64,000 bases of DNA, taken from Halobacteriales archaeon QS_1_68_20 (GTDB taxonomy: Archaea; Halobacteriota; Halobacteria; Halobacteriales; PXRE01). The stretch spans positions 66,559-130,558 of the forward strand of contig PXRE01000026.1 in the NCBI GenBank assembly GCA_003021085.1. The letters run 5' to 3'. Below, one piece after another: positions 21,048-31,680 of this stretch. The position numbers and the translations under genes were made by a program. The notes under the pieces were generated by a model. That model ran no database searches, had not been told where the DNA came from, and worked only from the letters and a program-made list of their open reading frames with translations. Position 1 is the stretch's first letter. Every line of letters starts with the position of its first letter.

Positions 21048-21195
21048 TCACCGTTAGCGAAAGACGTGCTCTCCACGGTCCACCGACGGCCGATGCTCCC
21101 GGTGGACTCCTGATAATAACCTAAACTCTTCAAATTATATAAGGTAATAAAAATATGAAAGAAACTAAGTACCGGGCGTCTGAACCGGTGGCGCC

Positions 21196-24100
21196 ATGCG
21201 GGACGACGATCGTGGGTTCAACAGGCGCAAGGTACTGAAATCGACGGTGGCGGCTGCGACGGCCGGTGCAGTGCTACCGGACGCGGCGACTGCCACCGAC
21301 CACGTCGGCTGGCCGGCGGTCGACGACTTCGAGCGGTCGGATCCGCTGGCGGAGTACGGCGCCAACGCCGGCCAGTTCGGCGTCGAGACGTCGACCGTCT
21401 ACGAGGGGAGCCAGGCGCTGGTCAACGCCAGCGGCGACTACTACAGTGCCGTCTCGACGTCCGGACTCGATCGGTATCCGGGTCGGGGTGACGAGGTGAC
21501 CGTCCACTTCGACAACGCCGGCGACGACAACTTCGTGGCGTTCCACTTCTTCGCGCAGTCCGAGACCGACAACCCCGACGGCTACACCGTGGGGATCAGC
21601 GGCGCGGGCGCCTGGCGGATGTGGAACAGCGTGAACGGGTCGGTTTCGGTGATCGCGAGTCAGGACCTCCCGACGAGCGACCAGATCGACGGCTGGTACC
21701 GCGCGGAGGTCCGGACCGACGACACGACGGTGTACGCCGACCTCTACGACGACAGTACGGACGAGTTGCTCGCGTCGATCCAGGCCGACGACACGAACTT
21801 CTCCTCGGGCGGCATCGGCTTCCGCTCGGCCGGCAACGGGGAGGTCTGGGACTACACGTACCGGCCCGACCTGAGCGCTCCACAGTGTTCGATCGCGAGT
21901 CCGTCCGACGGTGCCACGGTCGGCGGAACCACTACCGTCCAGGTCGACGCGTCCGACGCCGAAGACGACGACAGCCTCGACGTCGAGGTCGCCATCGACG
22001 CTGGTACCTACCGGACCGCCTCGTACAACTCCACGTCTGGTTACTACGAGTACGACTGGGACACCACCGCGAGCGACGACGGCGATCACACCATCGACGC
22101 CCGCGCCACCGACAGCCACGGCGCGACGACGAACGCCGACCAGGTCACCGTCACCGTCGACAACGCGGGCGAGACGATCATTGAGGGCTTCGAGCGGACC
22201 GATCCGCTGGCGGACTACGGCGCGGCGACCGACCTCTACAGCGTCACGACCGCGACGGTCTACGAGGGGAGCCAGGCGCTGGTCAACGACGGCGGTGACT
22301 ACGGCAGCGTCGTCTCGACGTCGGGACTGGACACCTACCCCTCCAGGGGCGAGGAGTTCCACTACCGGTTCGACAACGCCGGCGACGACAACTTCGTCGC
22401 GCTTCACTTCATGGCACAGTCGGAGACGGACAACCCCGACGGCTACACCGTCGGGATCAGCGGGTCGGGCGCCTGGCGGATGTGGAACAGCGTGAACGGA
22501 TCGGTCACCCAGATCGCGAGTCAGGACCTCCCGACGAGCGACCAGATCGACGGCTGGTACCGCGCGGAGGTCCGGACCGACGACACGACGGTGTACGCGG
22601 ACCTCTACGACGACAGCACCGACGAGTTGCTCGCGTCGATCCAGGCCGACGACGCGAACTTCTCGTCGGGCGGGATCGGCTTCCGGAGTGCCGGCAACGG
22701 CGAGGTGTGGGACTTCGCGGCCCAGCAAGCCGCGAGCGGGACGGTCGTCGACGACTTCGAGCGGACGGACCCGCTCGCGGAGTACGGTGCCAACGCCGGC
22801 CAGTTCGGCGTCGAGACGTCGACCGTCTACGAGGGGAGCCAGGCGCTGGTCAACGCCAGCGGCGACTACTACAGCGCCGTCTCGACCTCGGGGCTGGACG
22901 TGTATCCGGACCGCGGTGACGAGGTGACCGTCCACTTCGACAACGCCGGCGACGACAACTTCGTGGCGTTCCACTTCTTCGCGCAGTCTGAAACCGACAA
23001 TCCCGATGGCTACACCGTGGGGATCAGCGGGTCGGGCGCCTGGCGGATGTGGAACAGCGTGAACGGGTCGGTCACCCAGATCGCCAGCCAGGACCTGCCC
23101 ACCAGCGACCAGATCGACGGCTGGTACCGCGCCGAAGTCTGGACGGACTCGACGACCGTGTCCGCCGACCTCTACGACGACAGCACCGACGAACTCCTGG
23201 CCTCCATCCAGGCCGACGACGCGAACTTCTCCTCGGGCGGCATCGGCTTCCGCTCGGCCGGCAACGGGGAGGTCTGGGACTACGTCGTCAACAGGGCCTC
23301 CGACACAGACGGCGGCGGGGACTACGGCCCCGGCATCCGCCACTCGCTGTACGACGGCCCGGTCGGCGGCGGCGACGGGATGCCCGCGTCCGCCATCAAC
23401 TCGCCGGGTGACGCCGACATCGTGGTCTCCGACGGGAACCTGCAGTCCGCCATCGACGCGTCTTCGGCCGGCGACGTCATCTACGTGGAGGGCAGCGCGA
23501 CCGCGAGCAGCGTCCACCAGAACGACATCACGATCGCGGGCAACCGTGGCGAGGGGACCGACGGCCAGATCAACGACCCCGACATCGACGCCCGGAACGT
23601 CAGGTTCGACGGGTTGTTCGTCGACGTGCCCGACTCTATCCAGATCACCGAACAGGGCTGGGAGGCGTTCAACTGTGAGTTCTCCGGGCAGGGGTACTTC
23701 GAGATCGACACCGACGTCCTGCCGGAACCGGACGTCGAGTTCAAGCAGTGCGAGATCCACGACATGGAGACCTACAAGACGATCCAGAGTGGCTACGTGT
23801 ACGGCGACGACGTGTACGCCTGTGGCGAGTGGTTCCACATGCCACGGTACGAAGACAGGATCCGGATCGTCTACTGCGAGTGGTACAACAACAGCAAGAT
23901 CTCCGGGACCCAGTACTACTTCGAGATCGTGGACAACTACCTCCACACCAGCGGGACCTCCGGTGGCTTCCTCGAACTGCGCGCGCCCAACGAGTGTCGC
24001 ATCGACGGGTCCGGGAGCGTCAACGACTGTGGCACGCCGTGTGGAACCGGGATCGTCGAACACAACCGCAACGAGATGACCAACGACGGCGAGGGAGTCC

Positions 24101-24309
24101 GACTCGTGCAGGTTCGCGGGACCCCGTGGCGGGACACGCTGTCCGTCCGGAAGAACTACGCGCCGGTCAACACGGACTGGTACGCGGGCTGTGAAGCCGA
24201 CGACTCCTGGAGTTCGAGCTGGCAGGACCAGATCGTCCTCCAGAACGCGGGCGACGCCGGCGAAGGCACCCTCGACGAGATCGTCGTGGAGAACAACGAC
24301 CTCTCCTGA
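21196..24309 (+). CDS. Tat-exported multidomain protein: three lectin/ConA-like repeats, Ig-like domain, C-terminal beta-helix-like domain
   Basis: FNRRKVLK signal; three roughly 180-aa repeats (DDFERxDPL...SGGIGFRSAGNGEVWD); IASPSDGATVGG...WDTT...GDHTIDARATD; LQSAIDASSAGDVIYV. Confidence 0.85.
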   Translation: MRDDDRGFNRRKVLKSTVAAATAGAVLPDAATATDHVGWPAVDDFERSDPLAEYGANAGQFGVETSTVYEGSQALVNASGDYYSAVSTSGLDRYPGRGDEVTVHFDNAGDDNFVAFHFFAQSETDNPDGYTVGISGAGAWRMWNSVNGSVSVIASQDLPTSDQIDGWYRAEVRTDDTTVYADLYDDSTDELLASIQADDTNFSSGGIGFRSAGNGEVWDYTYRPDLSAPQCSIASPSDGATVGGTTTVQVDASDAEDDDSLDVEVAIDAGTYRTASYNSTSGYYEYDWDTTASDDGDHTIDARATDSHGATTNADQVTVTVDNAGETIIEGFERTDPLADYGAATDLYSVTTATVYEGSQALVNDGGDYGSVVSTSGLDTYPSRGEEFHYRFDNAGDDNFVALHFMAQSETDNPDGYTVGISGSGAWRMWNSVNGSVTQIASQDLPTSDQIDGWYRAEVRTDDTTVYADLYDDSTDELLASIQADDANFSSGGIGFRSAGNGEVWDFAAQQAASGTVVDDFERTDPLAEYGANAGQFGVETSTVYEGSQALVNASGDYYSAVSTSGLDVYPDRGDEVTVHFDNAGDDNFVAFHFFAQSETDNPDGYTVGISGSGAWRMWNSVNGSVTQIASQDLPTSDQIDGWYRAEVWTDSTTVSADLYDDSTDELLASIQADDANFSSGGIGFRSAGNGEVWDYVVNRASDTDGGGDYGPGIRHSLYDGPVGGGDGMPASAINSPGDADIVVSDGNLQSAIDASSAGDVIYVEGSATASSVHQNDITIAGNRGEGTDGQINDPDIDARNVRFDGLFVDVPDSIQITEQGWEAFNCEFSGQGYFEIDTDVLPEPDVEFKQCEIHDMETYKTIQSGYVYGDDVYACGEWFHMPRYEDRIRIVYCEWYNNSKISGTQYYFEIVDNYLHTSGTSGGFLELRAPNECRIDGSGSVNDCGTPCGTGIVEHNRNEMTNDGEGVRLVQVRGTPWRDTLSVRKNYAPVNTDWYAGCEADDSWSSSWQDQIVLQNAGDAGEGTLDEIVVENNDLS

Positions 24310-24321
24310 CGGGAGCGCGGC

Positions 24322-25971
24322 TCACAGCCGTTTGCTGACGTAGGGGCCGTCCTGATGGTAGCCGAGTTTCTGCCGGTAGTACTCGCGGGCGCCGATGCCG
24401 GAGATGACGCTGAGTTTCTCGAAGCCCGCGTCGGCGGCCAGTTCCTCGGCCTTGTTCATCAACCGGCGACCGTAGCCCCGGTGCTGGTGCCCGTCGTCCT
24501 CGTCACCTCCCAGCGCCACTTCGCTGCCGTAGACGTGGAGTTCACGGACCAGCGCGGCGTTTTCCAGTTCACGCCGCACCGGGTCACTGGGGAACCGCAG
24601 GCGACAGAACCCGACCAGCAGGTCCTTATCGAAGTCCTCGAAGGAGACGAAGTGTTCCATGCCGCCCGCGGCCTCGTAGGTCAGCACGTCGAGTTCGACG
24701 GTTTCGGGGTCCTCGTCGTTCATGCCGACCTCCCGGCAGCGGACGCACTCGCAGGTCCAGCCGTGTTCCGCCAGTCGCTGGCGGGCGAGTTGCCGGAGGT
24801 TGGACTTCCAGACGCCGCCGTCGATGAAGTCCGCAGGGATGTCCCGCTGGACGCGCTGGAGGCGGGTGTACCGCGGGATCATCGACTTGATCTCCGCGAC
24901 GAGTTCGGCGGCCTCCTCGTTGCCCAGCGGGTCGAAGTCCTCGCGGTGCCACATGTCGTACACCCGGGTCCCTTCGACCACCAGGGTGGGGTAGATCTTG
25001 AGGTAGTCCGGCTTGTACTTCTCGTCCTCGAAGACCCGCCGGAAGTCCTCCAGGCACATCTCCTTGCTCATGCCGGGCTGACCGGGCATCATGTGGAAGC
25101 CGACCTTGAACGCGGCGTCCCGCAGGCGTCGATTCGCGTCGATGGAGGCCTGCAGGCCGTGGCCGCGGTGCATCTCGCGGTTGATCCGCTCGAAGGTGGT
25201 CTGGACCCCGACCTCGACCTTCGTGCCGCCAAGTCGTAGCATCCGGTCGATCTGCTCGGGGTCACACCAGTCGGGCTTTGTCTCGAAGGTGATCCCGATA
25301 CAGCGGACGTCGCCGGTCTCGTTCTCGGCGATCACGTCTTCGAGGTAGCTGAACTCCACCTCCTCGGGGTCCGGTGCGAAGCTCTCGGTGTCGGAGGGGT
25401 TAGGCTCCGCCCCGGGGTCGAAGTCGTTCATCGCCTCCAGCGCGCGCTCGACGAACCACTCCTGGTAGTCGTGGCTCCGGGCGGTCATCGTCCCGCCCAT
25501 GAGGATCAACTCGACCTTGTCGACGGGGTGGCCGATCTCGCGCAACTGGTTGAGGCGCAGGGTGACCTGGCCGTAGGGGTCGTAGTCGTTCTGCTCGCCG
25601 CGGGCCGCGGCCGGTTCGTGACCCGTGTACGATTGTGCCGAGGAGAACTCGCTGGCCGGACCGCCCGGGCAGTAGAGGCACTTGCCGTGCGGGCACATGT
25701 GCGGCGAGGTCATGATCGCCACGGGCGAGACGCCGGAGGCGGTCCTGACCGGCTTGCGCTGGAGGACCTCCTCCAGTTCCTCGCGGTGCTCGCTGGGGGC
25801 GTAGTCCAGCAGTTCGGAGTTCTTCGGCACCTTCGGCGCGTCGTGCTCCCGGCAGGCCTCCAGTTTCGCGGACTCGACGTCGTCGCGCTCGATCTCGCCG
25901 GCCAAAATGGCCTCGACGAGGTCCCTGCAGACCCGCTCCAGCGCCGCGGACTCCTCGACCCCGGTACTCAT
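24322..25971 (-). CDS. elp3: tRNA uridine(34) acetyltransferase Elp3 (radical SAM plus GNAT)
   Basis: KPVRTASGV, CPHGKCLYC, QSYTG, RELHVYG, QHRGYG, ISGIGAREYY; ATG 25971. Confidence 0.97.
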   Translation of the reverse strand: MSTGVEESAALERVCRDLVEAILAGEIERDDVESAKLEACREHDAPKVPKNSELLDYAPSEHREELEEVLQRKPVRTASGVSPVAIMTSPHMCPHGKCLYCPGGPASEFSSAQSYTGHEPAAARGEQNDYDPYGQVTLRLNQLREIGHPVDKVELILMGGTMTARSHDYQEWFVERALEAMNDFDPGAEPNPSDTESFAPDPEEVEFSYLEDVIAENETGDVRCIGITFETKPDWCDPEQIDRMLRLGGTKVEVGVQTTFERINREMHRGHGLQASIDANRRLRDAAFKVGFHMMPGQPGMSKEMCLEDFRRVFEDEKYKPDYLKIYPTLVVEGTRVYDMWHREDFDPLGNEEAAELVAEIKSMIPRYTRLQRVQRDIPADFIDGGVWKSNLRQLARQRLAEHGWTCECVRCREVGMNDEDPETVELDVLTYEAAGGMEHFVSFEDFDKDLLVGFCRLRFPSDPVRRELENAALVRELHVYGSEVALGGDEDDGHQHRGYGRRLMNKAEELAADAGFEKLSVISGIGAREYYRQKLGYHQDGPYVSKRL

Positions 25972-26044
25972 CGGCCTACAATGGCCGCCTCGCGCCGATA
26001 AGCGTGTCGGAGGCTGGTCGTCCTCGGAGGCCGGTCGTCTGCCC

Positions 26045-26330
26045 CGGCGCGCTCGTGGGTGTGCCGAGTAACGCAGTCGGCTGGGGAGGTGTGCGGTTGC
26101 GGCTCGCGGGGCGGGACTGAAAGGGGCCGCGCGCTGGACGACGCCCGGCGACGTTCCCGCGAACGAACGTGAGCGGGAGCCAGCGAGAGCGTCGCTCTCG
26201 CGCGGTAAGCACCGCAGCGAAGGGAGGAGCGCAGCGAGCCGCGCGAGTCGACCCCGCGGGGGCTTTCTACGCGTTGCCGTCCAGGCCACCACCGACAGCG
26301 AGCGCGCGGAGGCTTTCCGCGTGTTGCCGT
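26045..26330 (+). repeat. Dispersed modular palindromic element, copy 2 (extra internal hairpins)
   Basis: GAGTAACGCAGTCGGCTGGGGAGG, GGGACTGAAAGGGGCCGCGCGCTGGACGAC; repeat units at 26250 and 26300. Confidence 0.9.
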
Positions 26331-26465
26331 CCGAGCTACCGCCCACCCAGACAGTGAAGCGACGGTCCGACCAGAGACGACCACCTCACGAAATCCGACC
26401 GATACGATCGGATTTTCGATGGACGAACCTATAAGTTAGAAGCATCTAAACTCCCGACGAGGACG

Positions 26466-27119
26466 ATGGTGGAGTTTCTGACGGTCGTGGTCGCGGCGTT
26501 CACGCTCCAGTTGCTGGCGCTACCCGGCGAGAAGGGCCAGCTCGTGGTCTGCGCGCTCTCGACGCGGTACGATCCGAAGGTGGTCGTCGCGGGCGCGGCG
26601 ACCGCGTTCGGCCTCTGGACGGCGGTCGAAATCGCCGTCGGGGAGGCCCTGAAGGGAGCGTTGCCGGAGGCGGTGCTGGACGCCGTCACCGCGGGGCTGT
26701 TCGTGCTGTTCGCGGCGTGGCTCCTGAAAGCCGCCGAGGACGGTGCGCTCGAGGACCTGTCGGACCCCCACCGGACCGACGGGGGCGTCTCCGCGACCGT
26801 CAACGAGCGGCTGGACGTGCCCGACGGATTCCGGGGCTTCCTGCCGGCGTTCTCGCTGATGATGTTCGGCGAGTTCGGGGACAAGACCCAGCTGGTCACG
26901 ATCAGCCTGGCCGTCCAGTACGGCGCCCACCCCGGTATCTGGGTGGGCGAGATGCTCGCCATCGTCCCGGTGAGCCTGTTGACCGCCTTCTTCTTCCACG
27001 CGGCCGCCGACCGCATGGGGTCCCGATGGCTCCACCGCGGCGCGGCCGCGCTGTTCCTGCTGTTCGCCGCCGACGTGGCCGCGGAGTACGTCCTCGGCTG
27101 GTCGGTGCTTCCGCTGTAG
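26466..27119 (+). CDS. TMEM165/GDT1 (UPF0016) cation transporter
   Basis: Two half-motifs LPGEKGQL and GEFGDKTQL; about 6 TM helices. Confidence 0.9.
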   Translation: MVEFLTVVVAAFTLQLLALPGEKGQLVVCALSTRYDPKVVVAGAATAFGLWTAVEIAVGEALKGALPEAVLDAVTAGLFVLFAAWLLKAAEDGALEDLSDPHRTDGGVSATVNERLDVPDGFRGFLPAFSLMMFGEFGDKTQLVTISLAVQYGAHPGIWVGEMLAIVPVSLLTAFFFHAAADRMGSRWLHRGAAALFLLFAADVAAEYVLGWSVLPL

Positions 27120-27183
27120 CGGTTCCGGGCGGGGGAGCGACGTTCGTGGGGCGATTCCCCCGCCGGGAGCACCGCCGCGGTGG

Positions 27184-28465
27184 TCAACTGCTCGTTCGCT
27201 CCAGCCGATCGATGTTGCACAGCAGTTCCATCCCCCCGTCGGCGGTCTCTCGAACGTGACCGGGTCCCGGTGGCCGTCCTCCCGCATCGTGTAGAAGGTG
27301 TAGTCGTCACGGGCGGTCGATTCGGGGGACGCCGGGAACTCCCAGCCGGGGCCGTCCTGGTAGGTGATTTCGACGTGCCCGCCGGAATCGCTCGCCTCGA
27401 CAGTCGCCGTCAGACCGCCGCGGTAGCCCTCGTAGGTCCCGGTGACGGCTTCGATCTTCTCCCGGAGCGAGAGCGTCGGGACGACCGCCTGGGGGTCCTC
27501 GCCGGCCACGATCGCCAGCACGCCACGTGCGAGCGCGTCGATGGGCACGTCCGACGTGTTGGTGCAGGGGGTGACGCCGAGGTCGCGGTCGGGTAGCATC
27601 CCAGCGTACGCCCGGGAGACCGCCCACGTCCCGGTGTGGCCGACCATGGTCTCGTCCATGAACTCGGCGATCCGGAGGCCGTAGCCGTAACCCCTTCCGG
27701 GTACCGTCGATCGTCGACCACGTCGGCGCCTGGTGTTGGCACATCGCCTCGACCGTCTCCGAACGTAACACGCGGGTCCCGTCGTGTTCACCGCCGTTCA
27801 GCAGACACCGAACCGCCGCCGCCAGTTCCGTCACCGAACTCAGGATGCCGCCGGCCGAGAACGGGCGCCGGGCCTCCGCCTCCAGGTCGTGGTCTATCGG
27901 GATCGGTTCGCCGTCCTCGACGGCGTAGCCCCTGGCGACGTCGTCGGCCGCCTCCGACAGTTGCCCGTACCACAGGTAGCCCTCCGGGTCGTGGACCCGT
28001 CGGTCGACCGCACCGCTGACGTGCCGGCGTTCGTCCTCGCGGGTCACGAGCGGACTGGCCGGCGGCGCGTCGGCGAACGGGTACTGCCGGCCCATCGCCT
28101 AGTCCGTCGGTATGCCCGACGAGTGCGACAGGAGTCCGCGGACGGTGATCGGGTCGCCAGGGACGTCGGCCCAGAAGTCGACGTAGCGCGGATCTCGTCG
28201 TCGAGCGCGAGTTCGTCCCGTTCGACCAGACTCGACACCGCCATGGCGGTGAACGTCTTGGTGACCGAGGCGATGCTGTACAGCGTCTCGGCGGTGGCCG
28301 GGGCCCTGGACTGGACGTCTCTGGCGCCCAGCCCGGTCGCGTAGCGGATGCCGTCACCGTCGAGTACGGCGCGCTCGTCCCCGGGACGTCCCGCTCGACC
28401 ATCCAGCGGTCGAGAAACGTCTCGACGTCGCGCCTCGTCGCCGCCGGTAGTCCCGCGTCCGTCAT
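27184..28465 (-). pseudogene. Serine hydrolase (class C beta-lactamase-like) with multiple frameshifts
   Basis: Motifs spread across frames: VPG, YSIASVTK (SxxK), AGGILSSVTEL, GYGYGL, VGHTG; final frame ends MELLCNIDRLERTSS*. Confidence 0.88.
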
Positions 28466-28522
28466 ACGGCCCCATGGTCGGACGCCTCCAAAAGCCCGTG
28501 GGCCACCGCCGTCGACGGGGAA

Positions 28523-30694
28523 CTACACCAGGTCCGCGACTGCGGCGACGGCCTCGCGCAGGACGGCGTCGCGCTCGCCGGCGACGAACTCCAGGTGGCC
28601 CCCGTCGCCGCCGACGGCCCGGACGCCGGCGTTCTCGACCACGGAGTCGACGTGGTCGGCGACCGCCCGGAGGTCGAGGTCCTCGTCGGTGCGGACGTGC
28701 AGTTCGTCGGTCGTCACGGCCAGCGTCACCTCGTGGTCGGCCCCGCCGCGGGTCCGGCGGTGGAGTTCGTCGACGAGCAGCGCCGTCGGCGGGAACTCGT
28801 AGCCGTCCGCGAACGCGTCGGCGTCGAGGACGGTGAACCGGACGCCGCCGGCCTCCCGGACCTCGGCGTTGGCCTCGGCCGTGGAGACGGCGTCGTCGAC
28901 CTTCTCGCGGAACTGCTCGCTGACGTGGGAGGCAAGCCCCCGGGCGTCGCCCTCCGGCGTGGCCTCGCCGAACAGCAGGTCGACCACGAGCTGGCGCTTG
29001 TCCTCGTAGGTCTGGTAGTACGCCGACAGCGCGACCGCCTCGCGGAGTTCCTGGGCGGTCGCTTCGTCGTAGCCCGCGTCGGCGGCGAGGTCACGGTACG
29101 CCGCGGGCGGGTCCTCCCAGTAACTGACCGCGGGCAGGTGCGCGAGGTCCTCGCGCACGCCGTCGTTCACGTGGACGGCCACGTTCGACGCCAGGACGGC
29201 CGTGGTGAGGTCCGCCGAGGAGTCGGCGTCCACGACCGTCGAGACCGTCTCCGCCACGTCGTCGTCGGCGTCGGCCGCGTCGATCACGAGGTGTTCGACC
29301 CCGTAGATGGAGAGGAGTTCGTATCCTTCCAGGGACTCGACGGTGCTCCCGGCGTCGACGACGACCACCAGCGGAAGCGGTTCGTCGTGGCGCTCGCGGT
29401 CTTCCAGCATCGAGGAGACGTCGGCGGTGGCGTCGTCCATGTCGTAGACCGTCCCCTCCAGCGGGCGCCGGTCGAAGTAGTGGTACTCGGCGTCGCTTTT
29501 GGCGTGTTCGTCCCGGATCAGCGGGAGGACGGCCCGCTCGATGGCGGCGCCGGCCACGTACCCGTCGGCGGTCGCGGTGTGCCGGACGATGACGGGGCGG
29601 GCCTCCAGCACGGCCCGGCGGATGGCCGTCGCGGCGTCGACGATGACGTCCCTGGCGCCCTCGACGGCGTCGTCATCGGCCAGCAGGTCGACCGGGTCCG
29701 GCCGGGCCTGGTCGTCGAGCGCGGCGTCGAGTCGCTCCCGGACCGCCTCGGCGTCCTCGCCCTCCAGGCGGTCGACGCTCTCGCTCTCGACCTGCAGGTC
29801 CTCCCGTCGACGCTCGACTTCCCCGACGACGCGGACGTGGTCGCCGGTCTCGACTTCGGGGTACGCCCGGACGCCCGCCGCCTCGAACGCCGCGACGTCT
29901 GCAACGGCGGACTCGTCGCGTACCTCGAAGATGGTCGGGCCGCCCGTCTGGCGGACGCTCACGACTTCGCACTCGACGGCCACGCGGTCGCCCACGCGGT
30001 CGGCCAGCGAGTCGACGGTGACCCGCTCGGCGGGCGCCTCGCGCTGGGCGACGGCCGCGCCACCGCCACCGTTGGCGACCGCCGAATCGTCGGCCGAGGC
30101 CCTGGAGTCGCCCTGGCCGGGTTCGGCCGCCGAGTCGGCGTCCGCGGCCCCGCCGGAGCGGTCCGTGTCCTCGGTTTGGTCGGCCTCCGGGGACCTGTCG
30201 GTCTCTCCGGTTCGGTCGGTCTCGTCGGTCTGATCGGTCTCCGGGGACCGGTCGGTCTCGTCGGATCGCTCGGTGGACTCGCTCGCCGATCCGTCGGTCG
30301 TCTCCTCGGTCTCGGGCAGGTGCTCGGTGTCGGTGTCGGGGTCGTCGATCAGTTTGCCACGGAAGTCACGTTCGCGCTCGCGGATCGACCACCCGAGGTC
30401 GACGTCGCCGTTGTCTCGCACCCGGAGGACCTGGACGTAGACGGTGTCGCCCGGTTCCCAGTCGAGGCTCTCCAGTCTGGGTTCGATCTCGCTCTGGTGG
30501 AGCAGGCCGGTGACGGAGTCTCCGACGTCGACGAACACGCCGAAGTCGGCGTAGCCGTCGACGGACCCCTCGTAGAATCGCCCGGGGGTCAACTGCTCAG
30601 GACGTGTCCCCCTGAACTCGAAGACGACGTCCTCCTCGTGGGTGTCACAGATACGGCCGTCGACGGCCGTGCCACAGATGATACAGCGTCCCAT
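28523..30694 (-). CDS. recJ: RecJ-like DHH-superfamily protein with S1 and OB domains (degenerate catalytic motifs)
   Basis: N-terminal CxxC, S1 (ADFGVFVD...GLLH), OB (RQTGGPTIF), RHTATADG; the DHH position reads VIDAA. Confidence 0.8.
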   Translation of the reverse strand: MGRCIICGTAVDGRICDTHEEDVVFEFRGTRPEQLTPGRFYEGSVDGYADFGVFVDVGDSVTGLLHQSEIEPRLESLDWEPGDTVYVQVLRVRDNGDVDLGWSIRERERDFRGKLIDDPDTDTEHLPETEETTDGSASESTERSDETDRSPETDQTDETDRTGETDRSPEADQTEDTDRSGGAADADSAAEPGQGDSRASADDSAVANGGGGAAVAQREAPAERVTVDSLADRVGDRVAVECEVVSVRQTGGPTIFEVRDESAVADVAAFEAAGVRAYPEVETGDHVRVVGEVERRREDLQVESESVDRLEGEDAEAVRERLDAALDDQARPDPVDLLADDDAVEGARDVIVDAATAIRRAVLEARPVIVRHTATADGYVAGAAIERAVLPLIRDEHAKSDAEYHYFDRRPLEGTVYDMDDATADVSSMLEDRERHDEPLPLVVVVDAGSTVESLEGYELLSIYGVEHLVIDAADADDDVAETVSTVVDADSSADLTTAVLASNVAVHVNDGVREDLAHLPAVSYWEDPPAAYRDLAADAGYDEATAQELREAVALSAYYQTYEDKRQLVVDLLFGEATPEGDARGLASHVSEQFREKVDDAVSTAEANAEVREAGGVRFTVLDADAFADGYEFPPTALLVDELHRRTRGGADHEVTLAVTTDELHVRTDEDLDLRAVADHVDSVVENAGVRAVGGDGGHLEFVAGERDAVLREAVAAVADLV
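30165..30290 (-). repeat. Coding tandem repeats in the RecJ-like linker
   Basis: ETDRSPETDQTD / ETDRTG / ETDRSPEADQTEDTDRS. Confidence 0.7.
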
Positions 30695-30776
30695 TTGGAA
30701 GGAAGCACGTAGCCCGCACTAAAACGGTTGTCGAAACACCCGCCGACGTTCCGCGGATTTTACGGCGAATACAACC

Positions 30777-31040
30777 CTACTCGAACACCGGGCTGTCGTC
30801 CTCTAGCTCCCGGAGGTCCTCCTGAACCTCCCGGACGTGCTCGGGGAACAGTGCGACCTGTACCTCATTGCCCTCGTCGTCCTCGAAGACGAACTTGACG
30901 CGCTTGTCGCCGAACTCGCGGGCCCGCACGCGCTCGACGTCGAACAGTTTCGCGGTCGCGGACTTGTTCGTCGGCCCGACGTTCTTGATGGCGCCCTCCT
31001 CGTACTCGACCATGAACTCCGAGAGTTCCAGCGACAGCAT
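30777..31040 (-). CDS. Conserved hypothetical protein
   Basis: 87-aa acidic ORF with typical codon usage. Confidence 0.75.
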   Translation of the reverse strand: MLSLELSEFMVEYEEGAIKNVGPTNKSATAKLFDVERVRAREFGDKRVKFVFEDDEGNEVQVALFPEHVREVQEDLRELEDDSPVFE

Positions 31041-31077
31041 GGCCGAGAGGAGGGGAGCCGGGTAGTCAAACGTTGCG

Positions 31078-31677
31078 TTAGATCACGTACCACTGCCGGA
31101 GGACCGTCTCGACGGCGGCGAATCCCCGGAAGCCGTACCCGAAGACGATGGCGCCGGGCACCGCCGCCAGCGCGGCCGCCGGTTCGAACCGGGGACCGTG
31201 GACTTCTCCGATGCCGAGCGCCAGCAGGACGAACCCCCAGATGGTGACCAGGGCCCGGAGCTCCGGACTCGGGAGACCCGCGAGCGCACACGGCGCGGTG
31301 GCGTAGCCGAGTACCTGGACCGTCTCGCTGACGCCGCCGCGGTCGGAGACGAACGGGACCAGAAGCACCGTCTGTAGCGCCGCGACGAGGTGGAGGGTGG
31401 CCGGCGTCACGAGGAGGACGGCCGCTCCCAACCAGAATGCCGCCGATAGCGCCGCCGGGCCGACGTCGATGGGGACGGCGTCAGCCACCAGCAGGAGTCG
31501 ACTCGTCTCCGCGACGGCGACGACGGCCATGGCGAACAGCAGGCCGGGGGCCTGCTCGCCAGGGACGACGGCCTCCCGGAAGAACCGGCGGGGGTGAAGG
31601 ATCACTGTCAGCCACGCCCGGGCGAACCCGGCGGGACCACGGGGGCGGCCGACCGTCGAGTCGAGTAACTCGCTCAT
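31078..31677 (-). CDS. YIP1-family membrane protein
   Basis: VILHPRRFF, GVSETVQVLGYATAP, several TM helices. Confidence 0.8.
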   Translation of the reverse strand: MSELLDSTVGRPRGPAGFARAWLTVILHPRRFFREAVVPGEQAPGLLFAMAVVAVAETSRLLLVADAVPIDVGPAALSAAFWLGAAVLLVTPATLHLVAALQTVLLVPFVSDRGGVSETVQVLGYATAPCALAGLPSPELRALVTIWGFVLLALGIGEVHGPRFEPAAALAAVPGAIVFGYGFRGFAAVETVLRQWYVI

Positions 31678-31680
31678 GGG

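Noticed and set aside
21100..21175. AT-rich islands as a replication origin
   Set aside because: They are short, lie directly upstream of genes, and no ORB repeats or orc/cdc6 gene are visible.
21274..24063. Long antisense and alternate-frame ORFs (929 aa here; also 7318-8973, 15950-17794, 28595-30712)
   Set aside because: Shadow ORFs of GC-rich genes with no recognisable motifs.
25972..26346. N-terminal ORF extensions of elp3 (likewise the CoA-transferase to 61137, lhr to 10335 and sod to 3950)
   Set aside because: These are Arg/Pro-rich translations of intergenic or repeat DNA; conserved starts lie downstream.
27184..28465. Programmed frameshifting in the serine hydrolase
   Set aside because: Many independent shifts, an in-frame stop and missing segments indicate decay.
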